Assembly (NCBI GenBank): GCA_027923505.1
Contig: BROI01000002.1
Coordinates: 2,170,001-2,234,000 of the forward strand
Length of the DNA: 64,000 nt
Source of the DNA: Mayamaea pseudoterrestris
Taxonomy: Eukaryota
Reading direction: 5' to 3'
In this document: positions 54,019 through 64,000 of the stretch, piece by piece
Layout of the letters: each line of letters opens with the position of its first letter
How positions within the stretch are numbered: position 1 is the stretch's first letter
Made by a program: the position numbers and the translations under genes
Notes under the pieces: model-generated
Database searches by the model: none
What the model saw: only the letters and a program-made list of their open reading frames with translations
What the model was told of the DNA's origin: nothing

Positions 54019-54721
54019 TTAGCCGAAGATGGTTCCAGTCAAGAGAGGAACACTGCCTGGTACATTGGATTCGGCGATGAAGCCCATCATACCGATCATG
54101 GCCTGCGTCAAGTCGGAAAAAATGATAAATGAGCAAGGCACGCCTTATTCTTTGAGCTTACAAAATATAAAAAGTACTTACCAGTCGGCCATTGTTTAAT
54201 TCCCTGTTTTGTTGGCCCAAGAATGCGGCGGGGTCCTTCGCGGCAAAGTCAATGGGTGGAAACACAATCTTGGGAAAGTCTCCGCCCTTTAGGTAGTGGG
54301 GCTTCTTGGCTTCCGTAATGATTTCCGCCAAAAAGATGGTTCCAATGATCTGCGCTTGTCCCAATGCCGGGACAGCCGCCCACGCATCGAACGGCTTCAT
54401 GGTGCTAAGCGATTCAAAGGAAACATCGTGCGACAGCATGCCGGGAAAGTGCAAGCCCAAAGAGTTGACAATGTAGCCAGTGCATGCCAACATTGCGACG
54501 CGGCCGTTCTTGAGCTCTCCAGCGCGGAACCATGCGAGAGTCTCATCCGAACCAAGCTCGGACAACTTGAGGGGATCGAAAAAGTTGACGGGGAGAGTTA
54601 CTCCAGGCATTTCCTTGGCGGCCGCATCAACGGCCAGTGATCGTGCAGATGATACTTGGGATGGAGCAAAGGCAGCAGCAGAGCCGGCAACTGCAAGAAG
54701 GAGAGCGCATGTAGTCTTCAT
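54019..54721 (-). CDS. Fucoxanthin chlorophyll a/c-binding light-harvesting protein (LHC/FCP; possibly Lhcq-type)
   Basis: Exons 54721-54182 and 54102-54019, intron 54181-54103. Presequence MKTTCALLLAVAGSAAA-FAP, FFDPL, ELKNGRVAMLA, ELNNGRL|AMIG, C-terminal PGSVP. Confidence 0.95.
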
Positions 54722-55009
54722 GGTTGACGATATAGTTGTTGCAAGGCTTGAGCAATGATCGCATTGTGTGCAACGTCGTTGCAAAGAACATGCCAACCGA
54801 AAGATCGGCCTCAACTTGATTCGGATGTCTCATCGGTAAGCTGCACGAGGCGGCACGCGGCGAATCTTTTTAGCTACTGATAGCGAGGCTATATACCGCC
54901 TGCACAGCGGCTCATTTATTGACATGCACGCAAATGATCTACTAGGTTAGTCTTGAGTATGTTGAATATATGTATGTAATTGCTCCGCTGGTACGTTCTG
55001 CTGGCTCTT

Positions 55010-56395
55010 TCAACGCATCATTGTCGAAACATGCCCCTCATGAATCAATGATACTCGACGCTGCGCCACCATGGCTCCACTCATTGCCGTCGTGGGAGTC
55101 ACCACCACTGGTACCACATTCAAAGGACGCAAATACTCGTGCGCCAGGGCCGAGTCAGCCGTCATGCGATGCAGCGGGTGACGTTGCATGAGTCGAAAGC
55201 AAAAATCAGAGGCGGGACAATGTGGGATTGACGCAAAGTAGTAGTGCGGGTCAAAGGTTCGGATGCTTTGCAATGTGCGGTCTCGCTCACTGTCGAACGT
55301 TTCGTCACTGTCTTGGCTGTTATTTAGCGCAAACGGCGTGCTGCATTGGAGCATCTCGCAGGCCAACACTCCGAGGGCCCAGTAATCAACATACTTGGCT
55401 TGGTATGAGCATGGCTCTGGAATCATTTCTGGAGAGACGTACTCCAACGTTCCGCAAAAGGTGTGGCGATATTCGTCGGGCTTCCAGGAGCACGCCCAGC
55501 CAAAGTCCGTCAAGGCAAACGTCAATGACGAGGCACCTCCTTGCGTACTGCTGCTCGTCCCGCCATCAACGCCATTACCGCGCACGCGTCGCACCAATAT
55601 GTTTTCCGGCTTGATGTCCCTGTGAACAAAAGATAAGCGATGAATGTATGCAAGCGCCGACGCTAGTTGCTGCAGGACTTTGCGAGCAATGGAAATGCGA
55701 CGCTCCGAAAAAGGCTTGAGCGAACGTCGCCTCAAGTAGTCGAAGAGGTCGCCTTCTTCAAAGTATTCTAGCACAAGGTTAAATGACTTGGGATCTTCAT
55801 AAAAGCCGTGAAAATTGACAATGGAGGGATGGTCGAGCCTAAAAGTTCACGCGGCAAGATAAATCATGAGAAAATGGCAGGATAAATGCGCCAAGTGTTG
55901 GAACGAGTCCCCGCAAACAAACAGCCGCATCATACATCTCGACCACTGCCCATTCACTTACGAGCTGTGAATAGAGATCTCTCGCTGCAGCAATGTCAAC
56001 CTTGACTTGTTGCATCTCTCCTTCGCCAGCACACGATGCTTGTCAAAGCTCTTGATTGCCACTTGATGAGAGTGCGCATTATGCGTGCGTCCCGTACTGC
56101 CAATGTAAAGTCCCAAATGGACAGTCCCGAAATGACCGCTACCAATCATCTTTTTCCAGACAAAGTCATGAGGCATCCACATTGCTTGCGGCTTAGCCGG
56201 CGGTCGATCGATTCGAGTTCCCCAGGATCCATCGGAAACGTTACTGCCGACGTGAAACGTCACAATGGACGAAAGCAAATCAACCTGCATCTTATCACTT
56301 CCCTCCGAGTCAACAGCGACTGTACGAGCAATGCGTCGATATTCTCGTGGCGTAATTGTAGTCACTCCATTTCGGAGCGGGAGTTGCGCAAACAT
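55010..56395 (-). CDS. Aurora-like Ser/Thr protein kinase
   Basis: Exons 56395-55962 and 55838-55010, intron 55961-55839 (GTAAGT..TTTAG). IGSGHFGTV, VAIK, LQREISIHS|SLDHPSIV, HRDIKPENIL, DFGWA, TFCGTLEYVSPEM. Confidence 0.8.
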
Positions 56396-56628
56396 CGTGG
56401 AGTCGACCGTCGTTTTGGTCAAAGCAATGCTGTGATGGCTTGCTTCGCGTGTGACAAGAAGTGGTGGTGCGACAGTAAAAAGGCTGGCTGGCGCGTCACG
56501 CTCCCACGCCGCACGTTTCTCTTCGCTTGACCTTTTCCATTTCCACTGCGATACATCTTGCCTCTCCTACAACCCCTCTAATCGATCTGCATTCCAGCAA
56601 AACGTCTGTATAATTTGCGAGAGTTATC

Positions 56629-57381
56629 ATGAGCGTAAATATGTTGAATATTTGCCGCATTATATTAGCATTCAGCTGGCTGCTTTTGCCGTCAGCGTCA
56701 GCCCAACGCTTTCTGAAATCGGACCAAATGGACAAGGACTTGAAGAACGAAATGAGCTACAATAGCGACGAATACAATGACTCCATGTCGGGAATGAATC
56801 GAGAAATGTTTCTCATGCAAAAGCTCAAATGGGAGATTGAACCTCCGCAGCTACTGGCGACGAGTCAATCACTGGATCCGAAATTAAAGCAGCATATCAA
56901 AAAGTACCTTGGTAGTGCTCCAGTGGAACTAAAGCTACAAAGCAAAAAGGGACAGTACGGATTGCGAGCAGTCGGACTACTTGAAAATGGAAAAAAGCTG
57001 CGAGCCTTTTGGAGACAGTCGCCAGCTTCCGCCAGGTTAAAGGCGGGCGACTTTATGAAGAGCAGCTACGACGACGCCGTCCGTAGTCGTCTCTTTGTCG
57101 TGGAGTTTGAAATGCAGCTACCGCCCATTGGAAAAAGTAAGGTCCTGCCATCCGTTGTCTACCAAGTTGCTGTCGAGTCGGGCTCCATGAATCCAAAGGC
57201 AGTCATTACGCGGGGGTCCGGCAAGGTGTTGTTGTATCCGGGCGGACATGATGCGAATCTCCAGCGTATCGAGGCTGGAACTTGTAACGTTGGCGTCAGC
57301 ATGAAGGCTGGTTTGATTGATCCAAACTGGGCTCGAGGACGGCCATTCTTTCGAAAGGGACGGTCGCCTGGACTTATTTAG
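56629..57381 (+). CDS. Hypothetical protein with N-terminal signal peptide
   Basis: 250-aa ORF. MLNICRIILAFSWLLLPSASA-Q looks like a cleavable signal. No family recognised. Confidence 0.6.
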   Translation: MSVNMLNICRIILAFSWLLLPSASAQRFLKSDQMDKDLKNEMSYNSDEYNDSMSGMNREMFLMQKLKWEIEPPQLLATSQSLDPKLKQHIKKYLGSAPVELKLQSKKGQYGLRAVGLLENGKKLRAFWRQSPASARLKAGDFMKSSYDDAVRSRLFVVEFEMQLPPIGKSKVLPSVVYQVAVESGSMNPKAVITRGSGKVLLYPGGHDANLQRIEAGTCNVGVSMKAGLIDPNWARGRPFFRKGRSPGLI

Positions 57382-57686
57382 GTCGTGGTGCAAGGAACAT
57401 GTTATGAAGACGCCAGCGCACCAAGGAAAGCTACCTTGGATGTGATTCAATCAGTTAATGGTTTTTCTTTTTACTCTTTTTCTTACTGTATCTCCTGCTA
57501 CGTTTCGTGTAACCCCCTTTGGATCGCAACAAGCAAGTAATAAATGGGTAGCTTTCCGTGTCACACTGGTACAAACTGCGACATGCAAAGTAAAACGCGG
57601 CGTCACAAATCCTTCGCCATGCCATGAGAATGGCTGCCATAAAACGATCACGGAGCAAGTCTAACAGCTAAACAAGTTGTATCAAA

Positions 57687-58832
57687 ATGAGATATTTGGG
57701 ATGCAGTCGTTATAAATATATTTTATCCCGGAGACGACTTCTTTGTATGATCTTTATAGCCGCTCTGACGACAGGCTGTCACGCTTTTCAATCTCCATCA
57801 TTTTTCACGCGCAACGTTAATCGACAACTATCAAAATCGCTACATGTTTCATCTAAATCTACTATAGAAGCTTCTAAAAATACGACAATTAGCAAACGGC
57901 CATGTTTTTACCGCAATCACAAGGATCAATGGAAGAAACGGATTGAACTCGATTCGCTATCACTTAATCAACCACTGGAATGCACCATTCCATCCAACGC
58001 CAAGCTACTCGTCGGCAAGACTGGCAACAAAGTCTTTTGCGAGTGCGGCGTTTGTACATACAAGGGCAAAAACAACAACTACAAGTTAGTTTTTGGAATG
58101 CTGCGTCTGGACCGCAAGGAGTCGGCGGCCCGCAAAAAGCTGCAGAAACTCAAAAGCAAACCGTGCTTTAGCGCTTACGTGAGTCGCATACGACCATGTA
58201 ACGATGAATTTGAAATATCACTAGTGGCGGCGGCTGCTGAACATGATGCTACAACTACAACTACTGCAGCGGCAATCGGTCCCAAGGTTTCCGTCTCGCG
58301 TCTGCGCGTAGGTCAGCAGGTGATTGGTCGCGTGGAGCGAGTGGAGCCGTACGGCGTCCTGGTCAGCGTGGAAACTGATGCCGGCACTGTCAATCGACAT
58401 GGACTCGTCCATGTGCAACGAGTCGCCGATCTATTTGGACATTACATCAACAAGGAGCAAGGTCTCAAGGATGCTGGATTGGGTCGGGGCGAGCGGATTC
58501 GCTTGCAAGTGGCGTCTGTGGAAAGTAAGCGGCTTTTTCTCGATTTTACGGACGAAGTAAAGGAAGCTGCAGCGCAGGAACGAGAAGAACGCAGAAAGGA
58601 AAAGGAAACGAAGCAGGCTGAGCGAAATGCTGTGGCATCTCCGGCTGAGCGGGTGGTACCGGTAGCATCGTCGCCGGCAGTGGCGCTGCCAGTGTCAAGC
58701 ACAGACGCATCAGTCAACGAAGTGGATCAAGAAGATGACTATGATGATGACGAAGACGAAGACTGGGACGAAGACGAGGACTACGATGAAGACAGAGACA
58801 TTGAAGACCAACTTGGTCTTGGAACCTATTGA
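57687..58832 (+). CDS. S1 RNA-binding (OB-fold) domain protein, probably plastid-targeted
   Basis: LRVGQQVIGRVERVEPYGVLV..HGLVHV..GERIRLQV is an S1 domain, with a degenerate upstream S1. Presequence ..ALTTGCHA-FQSP; acidic tail. Confidence 0.75.
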   Translation: MRYLGCSRYKYILSRRRLLCMIFIAALTTGCHAFQSPSFFTRNVNRQLSKSLHVSSKSTIEASKNTTISKRPCFYRNHKDQWKKRIELDSLSLNQPLECTIPSNAKLLVGKTGNKVFCECGVCTYKGKNNNYKLVFGMLRLDRKESAARKKLQKLKSKPCFSAYVSRIRPCNDEFEISLVAAAAEHDATTTTTAAAIGPKVSVSRLRVGQQVIGRVERVEPYGVLVSVETDAGTVNRHGLVHVQRVADLFGHYINKEQGLKDAGLGRGERIRLQVASVESKRLFLDFTDEVKEAAAQEREERRKEKETKQAERNAVASPAERVVPVASSPAVALPVSSTDASVNEVDQEDDYDDDEDEDWDEDEDYDEDRDIEDQLGLGTY

Positions 58833-58887
58833 CCATTCATATGCATAATATTTAGCTAGCTGCCGTGCCTTTAACTATTGACAGGCT

Positions 58888-61467
58888 TTACAACGTCACT
58901 TTTTTCGAGTCACTTTCCTTCCAGTAATGTAGTTCAGGTAGCTTCTTGTCTTCTTGCTCCTCCCATTGCCCACCATCGAGAAAAAGCTTGGTCGAGTCGA
59001 CTGACACCCAAATGTCCTCCGACTTGGCAAGGCCTGTGAGATTTACTCGAACATGTCCGTCGCTAAGCTCCGAAACCGTTCCAGCAAAGCATTGCTCCTC
59101 CCTTTCCTCCTCTTCCTCGTCGCTGCTCGCATCCCATCGTTTCCATACCTTCTTCTTTGGGACGGACTCTACCATGGCCGGCAAAAGGACTAGAACCGGC
59201 GAGTCGACGGCGAGCGTCTTTCGTGTCACTGACCGAGCCAAATGCCACACATCGCGAGACCTTTGTGATACAATTCGATTTCGCTTGTTCCCTCCTCGCG
59301 TTGAACGGCTGTCCTTCGGTGGCACTGCACTTTTGGCGGAAGTTGCGACAGGCTTCATAACTTCTATGTAAAATTCCCTCCGCTTTTGTTGCTCCGACAA
59401 GTTTCGCTTTCGCTTTGGACGTTGTTGCTGTGGTCTTGATTGCCTCGAGTCGTCTACATTGTCGCTACCCCTGAATCGTTCACGCGCCCAAGCCTTGCAG
59501 GAAAGTATCTGCCATCCCCGCCTGCCTTTTCTCCGTTGTCGCTCCTTGTAGTCCTGGTATTGATTGAGCAACAATATAAAGTGATTCATATCAATGCGCA
59601 CCGAGTCAGGTCGACACAAGCAAATGTTTGCGCGCATGCCAAAAGGGATCCACTCCGGCACACCAAAGTTTGTTGCTTCTGCCACATTATAGCCAGAGTT
59701 AAAACCAAAGTGGTAGCCACCGGGAAAGGTAATCATGGCATCCCCAGGATACTGCACCATGGTCGTAAACGGTATTCCAGCTTTTTGCAGCACCTGCGGT
59801 GACAAAATGTTACGCTTGTGTCGCAGAAACTCCTTGCATCTTTGTTCGGCTGGTCGAAAGTGAGACGCAGCGAGTTCCTCGAATCGCTTGGCGTCCCGGC
59901 CAGGAGCAACCGCATACCAAATCTTTGGAGCGCCAGCATGAAGGTAGTTGATGGATAGCAAGTTGATATCTTCAGTATGAGCTGCAAAGGAGGATCCCCA
60001 CATGCCAAGGTAAAGATAAGGGGTGGTAACACCAGGTACGTTCGACAGCAAATGCAAGCAAGAGTCCAATTTGTTGATAGCCCATCCAGATGCCTCATCG
60101 TCACCAAAGAACGACCCTTCCTCATCTGCACCATACCAGGCAGGTGGCATGGTTGGACCAAGTCGCTTCCAAAATAAACGTTCTAGCTCGGCCATGCGCA
60201 CTTTTAACTTTTCGGCCCTGTCGTCTGTGTCATCCTCGGGGCTGCTTTCCTCCTGTTCGACTGTGTCAACTCCATCCTTTTCATACGCACATCCAACAAG
60301 CTGCTCCCTGTACTCGTCAGCCTTTTTGCGAAAGGCTGCAATCGTCATGGGTGGCTCCTCGGTAAAGATGAATTCATAGACCCCCGCCAAACCACGCACA
60401 TGCTGCTGAATCGGACTCGCCAATATGTAGTCACCCAGCGGCTGGCCAGCCTGCCAGGCATGTCCGCGTCCCGTCCGATCGCGAGAAATACCTTCCTCCG
60501 ACCAAAATCCGTTCGGCAAAGAAATCTTGGCCATGCCTTCACATAGTGGCAACTCCTCCACGTCGCTCCAGTCGGACAAGGTTGCCGCCTTGGCCGTTCT
60601 CGTCCAATACGAGGAACTCGACGAGTTGCGATCCATGTCATCATCACCATCGTCGTCACTACTACCGCTATCACTAGAATCGCTGCAATCGCGCCAAAGA
60701 CAGGCCGACTTTAACACGACGTGACGCACGTACTCCGTAAAGGACTGTGACTGTAGCTCGTCCAGCGTTGGCTTGTGTATTTTGCAACTTTTCCAGGGAC
60801 TGGGGAGCGTTGACGTTTCGCGGGTTGTTGTGCGAGGAGCGTTGAACTTGTTGCGTCTCTTGGCGGATGGACTCAGTGGTGCAGTAGTAGTATTGATTGT
60901 CGTAGTAGGTGGATTGGATGTTGTAGTAACTGCTGTAGCTGCTGCATCCGATGGAGCAAGGGGGGATGTTCCTGTGACATCAGGTACTGGTGGTGCTATT
61001 GTAGCCGCCAAATTGTTCAGATGCATCGGAGCTGTCATTTCTATAGCTTGTACATCATTCAAAGCAGGTGGGAATGTCGCATCGTCTGCTAAAGAAACCG
61101 TCGTTGCTAGAAAGGTAGGCTTTGGTGTTGGCAGCGCTGTCGCGTCTTGCAACTCACAAGGCGCACTATCACCTAGAGCTGGATGACTAGCAGCAGCAGC
61201 AGCAGCAGCAGCAGCATCATTCTCTTCGCACGGAATTCCATCCGCCCGACCTTTAGGCATTGCTTGTATCAAATGTTGGGTCGCGCTCGTCGGTGATGGA
61301 ACGTCCCGACTTTCTGCCCCTGCTGCAGTCGAATGAAGCTCATTCAGACGAACCGAAACCTCTTCGTTTGATGATTTAGCTATCAAATGCTTTTCCTCGC
61401 TACTTGACAATCCAAGGAGCCCTGCAATCGCTGCCCCAGTATTCATTGAACCAAGTGCACTTTCCAT
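58888..61467 (-). CDS. KDM4: JmjN/JmjC histone lysine demethylase, KDM4/JMJD2 class
   Basis: YGADEEGSFF, PGVTTPYLYLGMW.SSFAAHTED..SINYLH.GAPKIWY, FLRHK, ITFPGGYHFGFNSGYNVAEATNF; the Fe ligands H-x-E...H are intact. C-terminal Tudor-like segment. Confidence 0.9.
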   Translation of the reverse strand: MESALGSMNTGAAIAGLLGLSSSEEKHLIAKSSNEEVSVRLNELHSTAAGAESRDVPSPTSATQHLIQAMPKGRADGIPCEENDAAAAAAAAASHPALGDSAPCELQDATALPTPKPTFLATTVSLADDATFPPALNDVQAIEMTAPMHLNNLAATIAPPVPDVTGTSPLAPSDAAATAVTTTSNPPTTTINTTTAPLSPSAKRRNKFNAPRTTTRETSTLPSPWKSCKIHKPTLDELQSQSFTEYVRHVVLKSACLWRDCSDSSDSGSSDDDGDDDMDRNSSSSSYWTRTAKAATLSDWSDVEELPLCEGMAKISLPNGFWSEEGISRDRTGRGHAWQAGQPLGDYILASPIQQHVRGLAGVYEFIFTEEPPMTIAAFRKKADEYREQLVGCAYEKDGVDTVEQEESSPEDDTDDRAEKLKVRMAELERLFWKRLGPTMPPAWYGADEEGSFFGDDEASGWAINKLDSCLHLLSNVPGVTTPYLYLGMWGSSFAAHTEDINLLSINYLHAGAPKIWYAVAPGRDAKRFEELAASHFRPAEQRCKEFLRHKRNILSPQVLQKAGIPFTTMVQYPGDAMITFPGGYHFGFNSGYNVAEATNFGVPEWIPFGMRANICLCRPDSVRIDMNHFILLLNQYQDYKERQRRKGRRGWQILSCKAWARERFRGSDNVDDSRQSRPQQQRPKRKRNLSEQQKRREFYIEVMKPVATSAKSAVPPKDSRSTRGGNKRNRIVSQRSRDVWHLARSVTRKTLAVDSPVLVLLPAMVESVPKKKVWKRWDASSDEEEEEREEQCFAGTVSELSDGHVRVNLTGLAKSEDIWVSVDSTKLFLDGGQWEEQEDKKLPELHYWKESDSKKVTL

Positions 61468-62278
61468 GTTTCAGAAGCAACTTCGCCAATTATTCAGTTG
61501 TTGGTTTAGGTAAGAAAGCAACGATTCACCGCTCTCGCAACCGCTTTTGAACGAACGATTCTTTAAAGACTATGACACTACGTATTTGAATTGACAGATG
61601 CAAGCTATTAGTATCTTTGTCGTCCTTTCCTTAGGCTTGCTGCAGGTGCTGCCACTTTTGTTGATGGCTTGATCCAATCGAACCTCATCGTCGCGGCGCG
61701 CGACGGCGCGGTCGCTTGCCTCAAGTTGAACCATCACCGGTACGACAAACCAGGCGTCATGGAAACTATTGCCCTCCACTCGATAGCCAATCACATTCGT
61801 TTCGTCTCGCAGATGTTCGAGGCGCCGTCACCACAAAATCGAACGCACCAAGATTCCTGCAGCCAGCGCATAGCCTACTTTATCGTCTCATTACATCTCG
61901 TACCATCGCTCTGGTAAGTTGTATCTGTATAATAACGATCAATCTTGATATTTGCAAGAGCATGTGCGGCAGAACTGCGTTAAACGAGCTTATTTTCGCT
62001 GTGTTCAATCAAGATATGGAGTTCGCAACGAGGCGTCACATAGCAAGCTAGGGTCTGGTACGGGTTTGCTACGTGGATCTTGTGTGGAATAATGGAGGCC
62101 ACAAGCCAAGATTACATTGAATAGGCTCGCAAACATTACCAATGCATGTTATACTGTTATAAACTATCCATTCGCCTATTGATCGGAGCATTTTGCGCTT
62201 TTGCTAATTTGATGTCACTACTCGTAGCTAACGCAGTATTCTCTCGGCTATCCCATAGCATTTTGCAGCAACCTGAAA

Positions 62279-64000
62279 ATGGAGCCATTTGACCAAGGCT
62301 ATCATACCGACTCGGGCGACGAAGCGACTGAGAAGTTGCAGTGGCCTTCCAGCAACGTTAGCGCTTCACTCTCGTCTCGCCATGCGGCCTTGATGCGCGA
62401 TGAGCTGGAGATTTCGCCGTTGGTGCCATCCGTCCCACCCATGCCGGGTGAACGCCACAGTTCCGTCCCAGGTCCTGGATTGCCGTCGTCGTTTAGAGCT
62501 GGGACTCAATCTCAGGAGCAGCGCCCCATCCTGTCTCCCAAGAAGCGCCATGTTGCTCCAGATGTTTTTGACAAGGAGGAGTATTCATCGCAGCATGCCA
62601 TAGGCGGGGCTCGTGCAGATCCTGGCGAATTTTCTCCGGAGACTGATCTCAACAAAAAACCCGCTGCCAAGCCAGACGCAGATGCAACGATGGAGCCCTA
62701 TAAGAGAAGTTCTGATCATCTGGGCATGGATATCATGGCGGAGGCTGTCGAATCTAAACGAGCCAAGATGGACGAGATGTCCGGAACAGATGAGCAAGCT
62801 GTACGCCCCAACCTACGCGATATTGTTTTAGGATCAGCGAGTCCATCAAAAGCGAGTGCCAACACCGAAGCAGGCACAGAAACGAATGAACACGCAGCAA
62901 CGCCGGAGCAAGATGCACTTGTTGCTCAGATTTTCGCATCGCCTTCAGTCGCATCAGGACTACCTCTTCCATCGAAGAAAGACACAGAATCTTCTGGTAA
63001 GAAGTCAAAAACCCCGACCGATACAGAAGGAGACGACAAGAAGCGACGCCGCAGTCCAAAAGCGATTAGAAAGGTCTTAATTGCTAAGAAAGAGCAGGAG
63101 CAAGCAACCTCCCTGTTGCACGACAAGGTTGATCTCACGAATATTTTAGAGCAGGCTGATTGCTTCTTTTTGGCCAATCAGTTTTGGATTTTTACGGTCC
63201 AGCAAGTGGCGTCGATACTCCTTCCAACGGAACCAAACGAGAGTTGTGATCGATTGCGCGATGAGCTAGTAGCCCGAATCGTCTCAACAAACTATTTAGC
63301 CGATGGGTCAACGTCTGAAGCTGTAAACTTGTACGAAATTACGGATGCGGGGCGCCCTGCCGCGGAAGCACGAGTGGCCGAGTGGAAAAGCAAGGTGGAA
63401 GAGTACATCTCGTCCGGAGGCGTCGCTACTTCTATTGAGGAAAGCTTTAAACTAAGTGGACCCATTTCGTGTTTGTTCCCGAAAACAACGCAGAATTTTC
63501 TTGCAAGTGTTCCAATATTGACGCTGTGGAATTTTTTGTCCGTCAGGAAGACTGAGTCCGGAGCTGTGTGTGAAATGATGAAGGTCTGGCGCCGATTCTG
63601 TCATCTATCAACAATTTCTCCGCTCTCGATTGCCAAACATTTAATTGGTATTACCAATCGAATTGAATCGGCGCTTTCTACCATCCCCGCAGTCTCCTCA
63701 GAAGATATGTCATGGATGAGTGACCCCATTATTATTCTAACTGGGGCAGCGAGGGAATTTCTCGTAAAAGATCAAGGTATTACGACAGCGCGTCGCTTTG
63801 TTGACGTGAGAACTAAAAATTTATCTACTAATCTAGAGATATGGAGGGAACGTAAAGGTCTTCCCGCGCTAAAAGGCTCTGGAAAAGTGGCGATGATATC
63901 AGGTTGGAAAGCCACTGCGAGGGAAGCGATGGATGCCGAGGACGAGCCTGGTATGGTGGTCACAGACATTAATCTCGAGGCCCAGGTTGCCCGCGATGCT
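62279..64000 (+). CDS. Partial (3'-truncated by window) hypothetical protein with repeated helical FL..GI.T..F..WR..G units
   Basis: The frame is open from the ATG at 62279 to the window end (574 codons, MEPFDQGYHTDSGD...EAQVARDA). It is missing from the ORF track because no stop is reached. A possible acceptor at 62258 means an upstream exon cannot be excluded. Confidence 0.75.
   Translation, partial: MEPFDQGYHTDSGDEATEKLQWPSSNVSASLSSRHAALMRDELEISPLVPSVPPMPGERHSSVPGPGLPSSFRAGTQSQEQRPILSPKKRHVAPDVFDKEEYSSQHAIGGARADPGEFSPETDLNKKPAAKPDADATMEPYKRSSDHLGMDIMAEAVESKRAKMDEMSGTDEQAVRPNLRDIVLGSASPSKASANTEAGTETNEHAATPEQDALVAQIFASPSVASGLPLPSKKDTESSGKKSKTPTDTEGDDKKRRRSPKAIRKVLIAKKEQEQATSLLHDKVDLTNILEQADCFFLANQFWIFTVQQVASILLPTEPNESCDRLRDELVARIVSTNYLADGSTSEAVNLYEITDAGRPAAEARVAEWKSKVEEYISSGGVATSIEESFKLSGPISCLFPKTTQNFLASVPILTLWNFLSVRKTESGAVCEMMKVWRRFCHLSTISPLSIAKHLIGITNRIESALSTIPAVSSEDMSWMSDPIIILTGAAREFLVKDQGITTARRFVDVRTKNLSTNLEIWRERKGLPALKGSGKVAMISGWKATAREAMDAEDEPGMVVTDINLEAQVARDA

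Noticed and set aside
61187..61216. (GCA)n tract, and the (TTA/TTG)n tract near 6678-6701
   Set aside because: Ordinary coding microsatellites (poly-Ala in KDM4, poly-Asn in WDR24).
45423..64000. Apparent cluster of chromatin/nuclear regulators (paralogue pair, H15-DDT-PWWP, Aurora-like, KDM4)
   Set aside because: They are interspersed with unrelated genes (FAM210, LHC, S1), and there is no evidence of co-regulation beyond chance in a compact genome.
1..64000. Prokaryote-type systems (CRISPR, operons, IS, defence islands) and transposons
   Set aside because: I found no repeat-spacer array, transposase/RT/integrase ORF, TIR or LTR. The bacterial-like genes (rlmN, glnS, L13) have introns or targeting peptides and are nuclear-encoded organellar genes.

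Overview
Gene-dense eukaryotic nuclear DNA, almost certainly from a diatom. The evidence is a fucoxanthin-chlorophyll LHC gene, Tic110, several signal-peptide + ASAF(AP)-type bipartite plastid presequences, short GT-AG introns and diatom-type HSF and kinase families. The species cannot be fixed from the sequence alone. I reconstruct 29 protein-coding genes by hand-splicing. Recognisable genes: WDR75/Utp17, WDR24 (GATOR2), mitochondrial uL13, a RING protein, a tandem two-domain sulfotransferase, plastid RlmN, an F-box protein, a saccharopine-dehydrogenase-like oxidoreductase, two paralogous GPI-type mucin-like proteins, a UBE3C-like HECT ligase, Tic110, an HSF, an organellar GlnRS with a C-terminal tRNA-binding domain, two kinases, a TPT-family transporter, FAM210, an LHC, an S1 protein and a KDM4 demethylase. 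I see no rRNA, tRNA, CRISPR or transposon. The most notable observations are: (1) a head-to-head pair of paralogues sharing a ~90-aa helical domain I cannot assign to a named family (candidate DNA-binding family); (2) a 94-aa three-exon gene with a 13-nt micro-exon whose spliced product is absent from the ORF track; (3) an AVEN/RIPR-like protein hidden in a low-complexity ORF; (4) a linker-histone globular domain fused to DDT-WHIM-PWWP; (5) a tandem RxL/GPI mucin pair with a conserved intron. All family calls come from motif recognition, not database searches.
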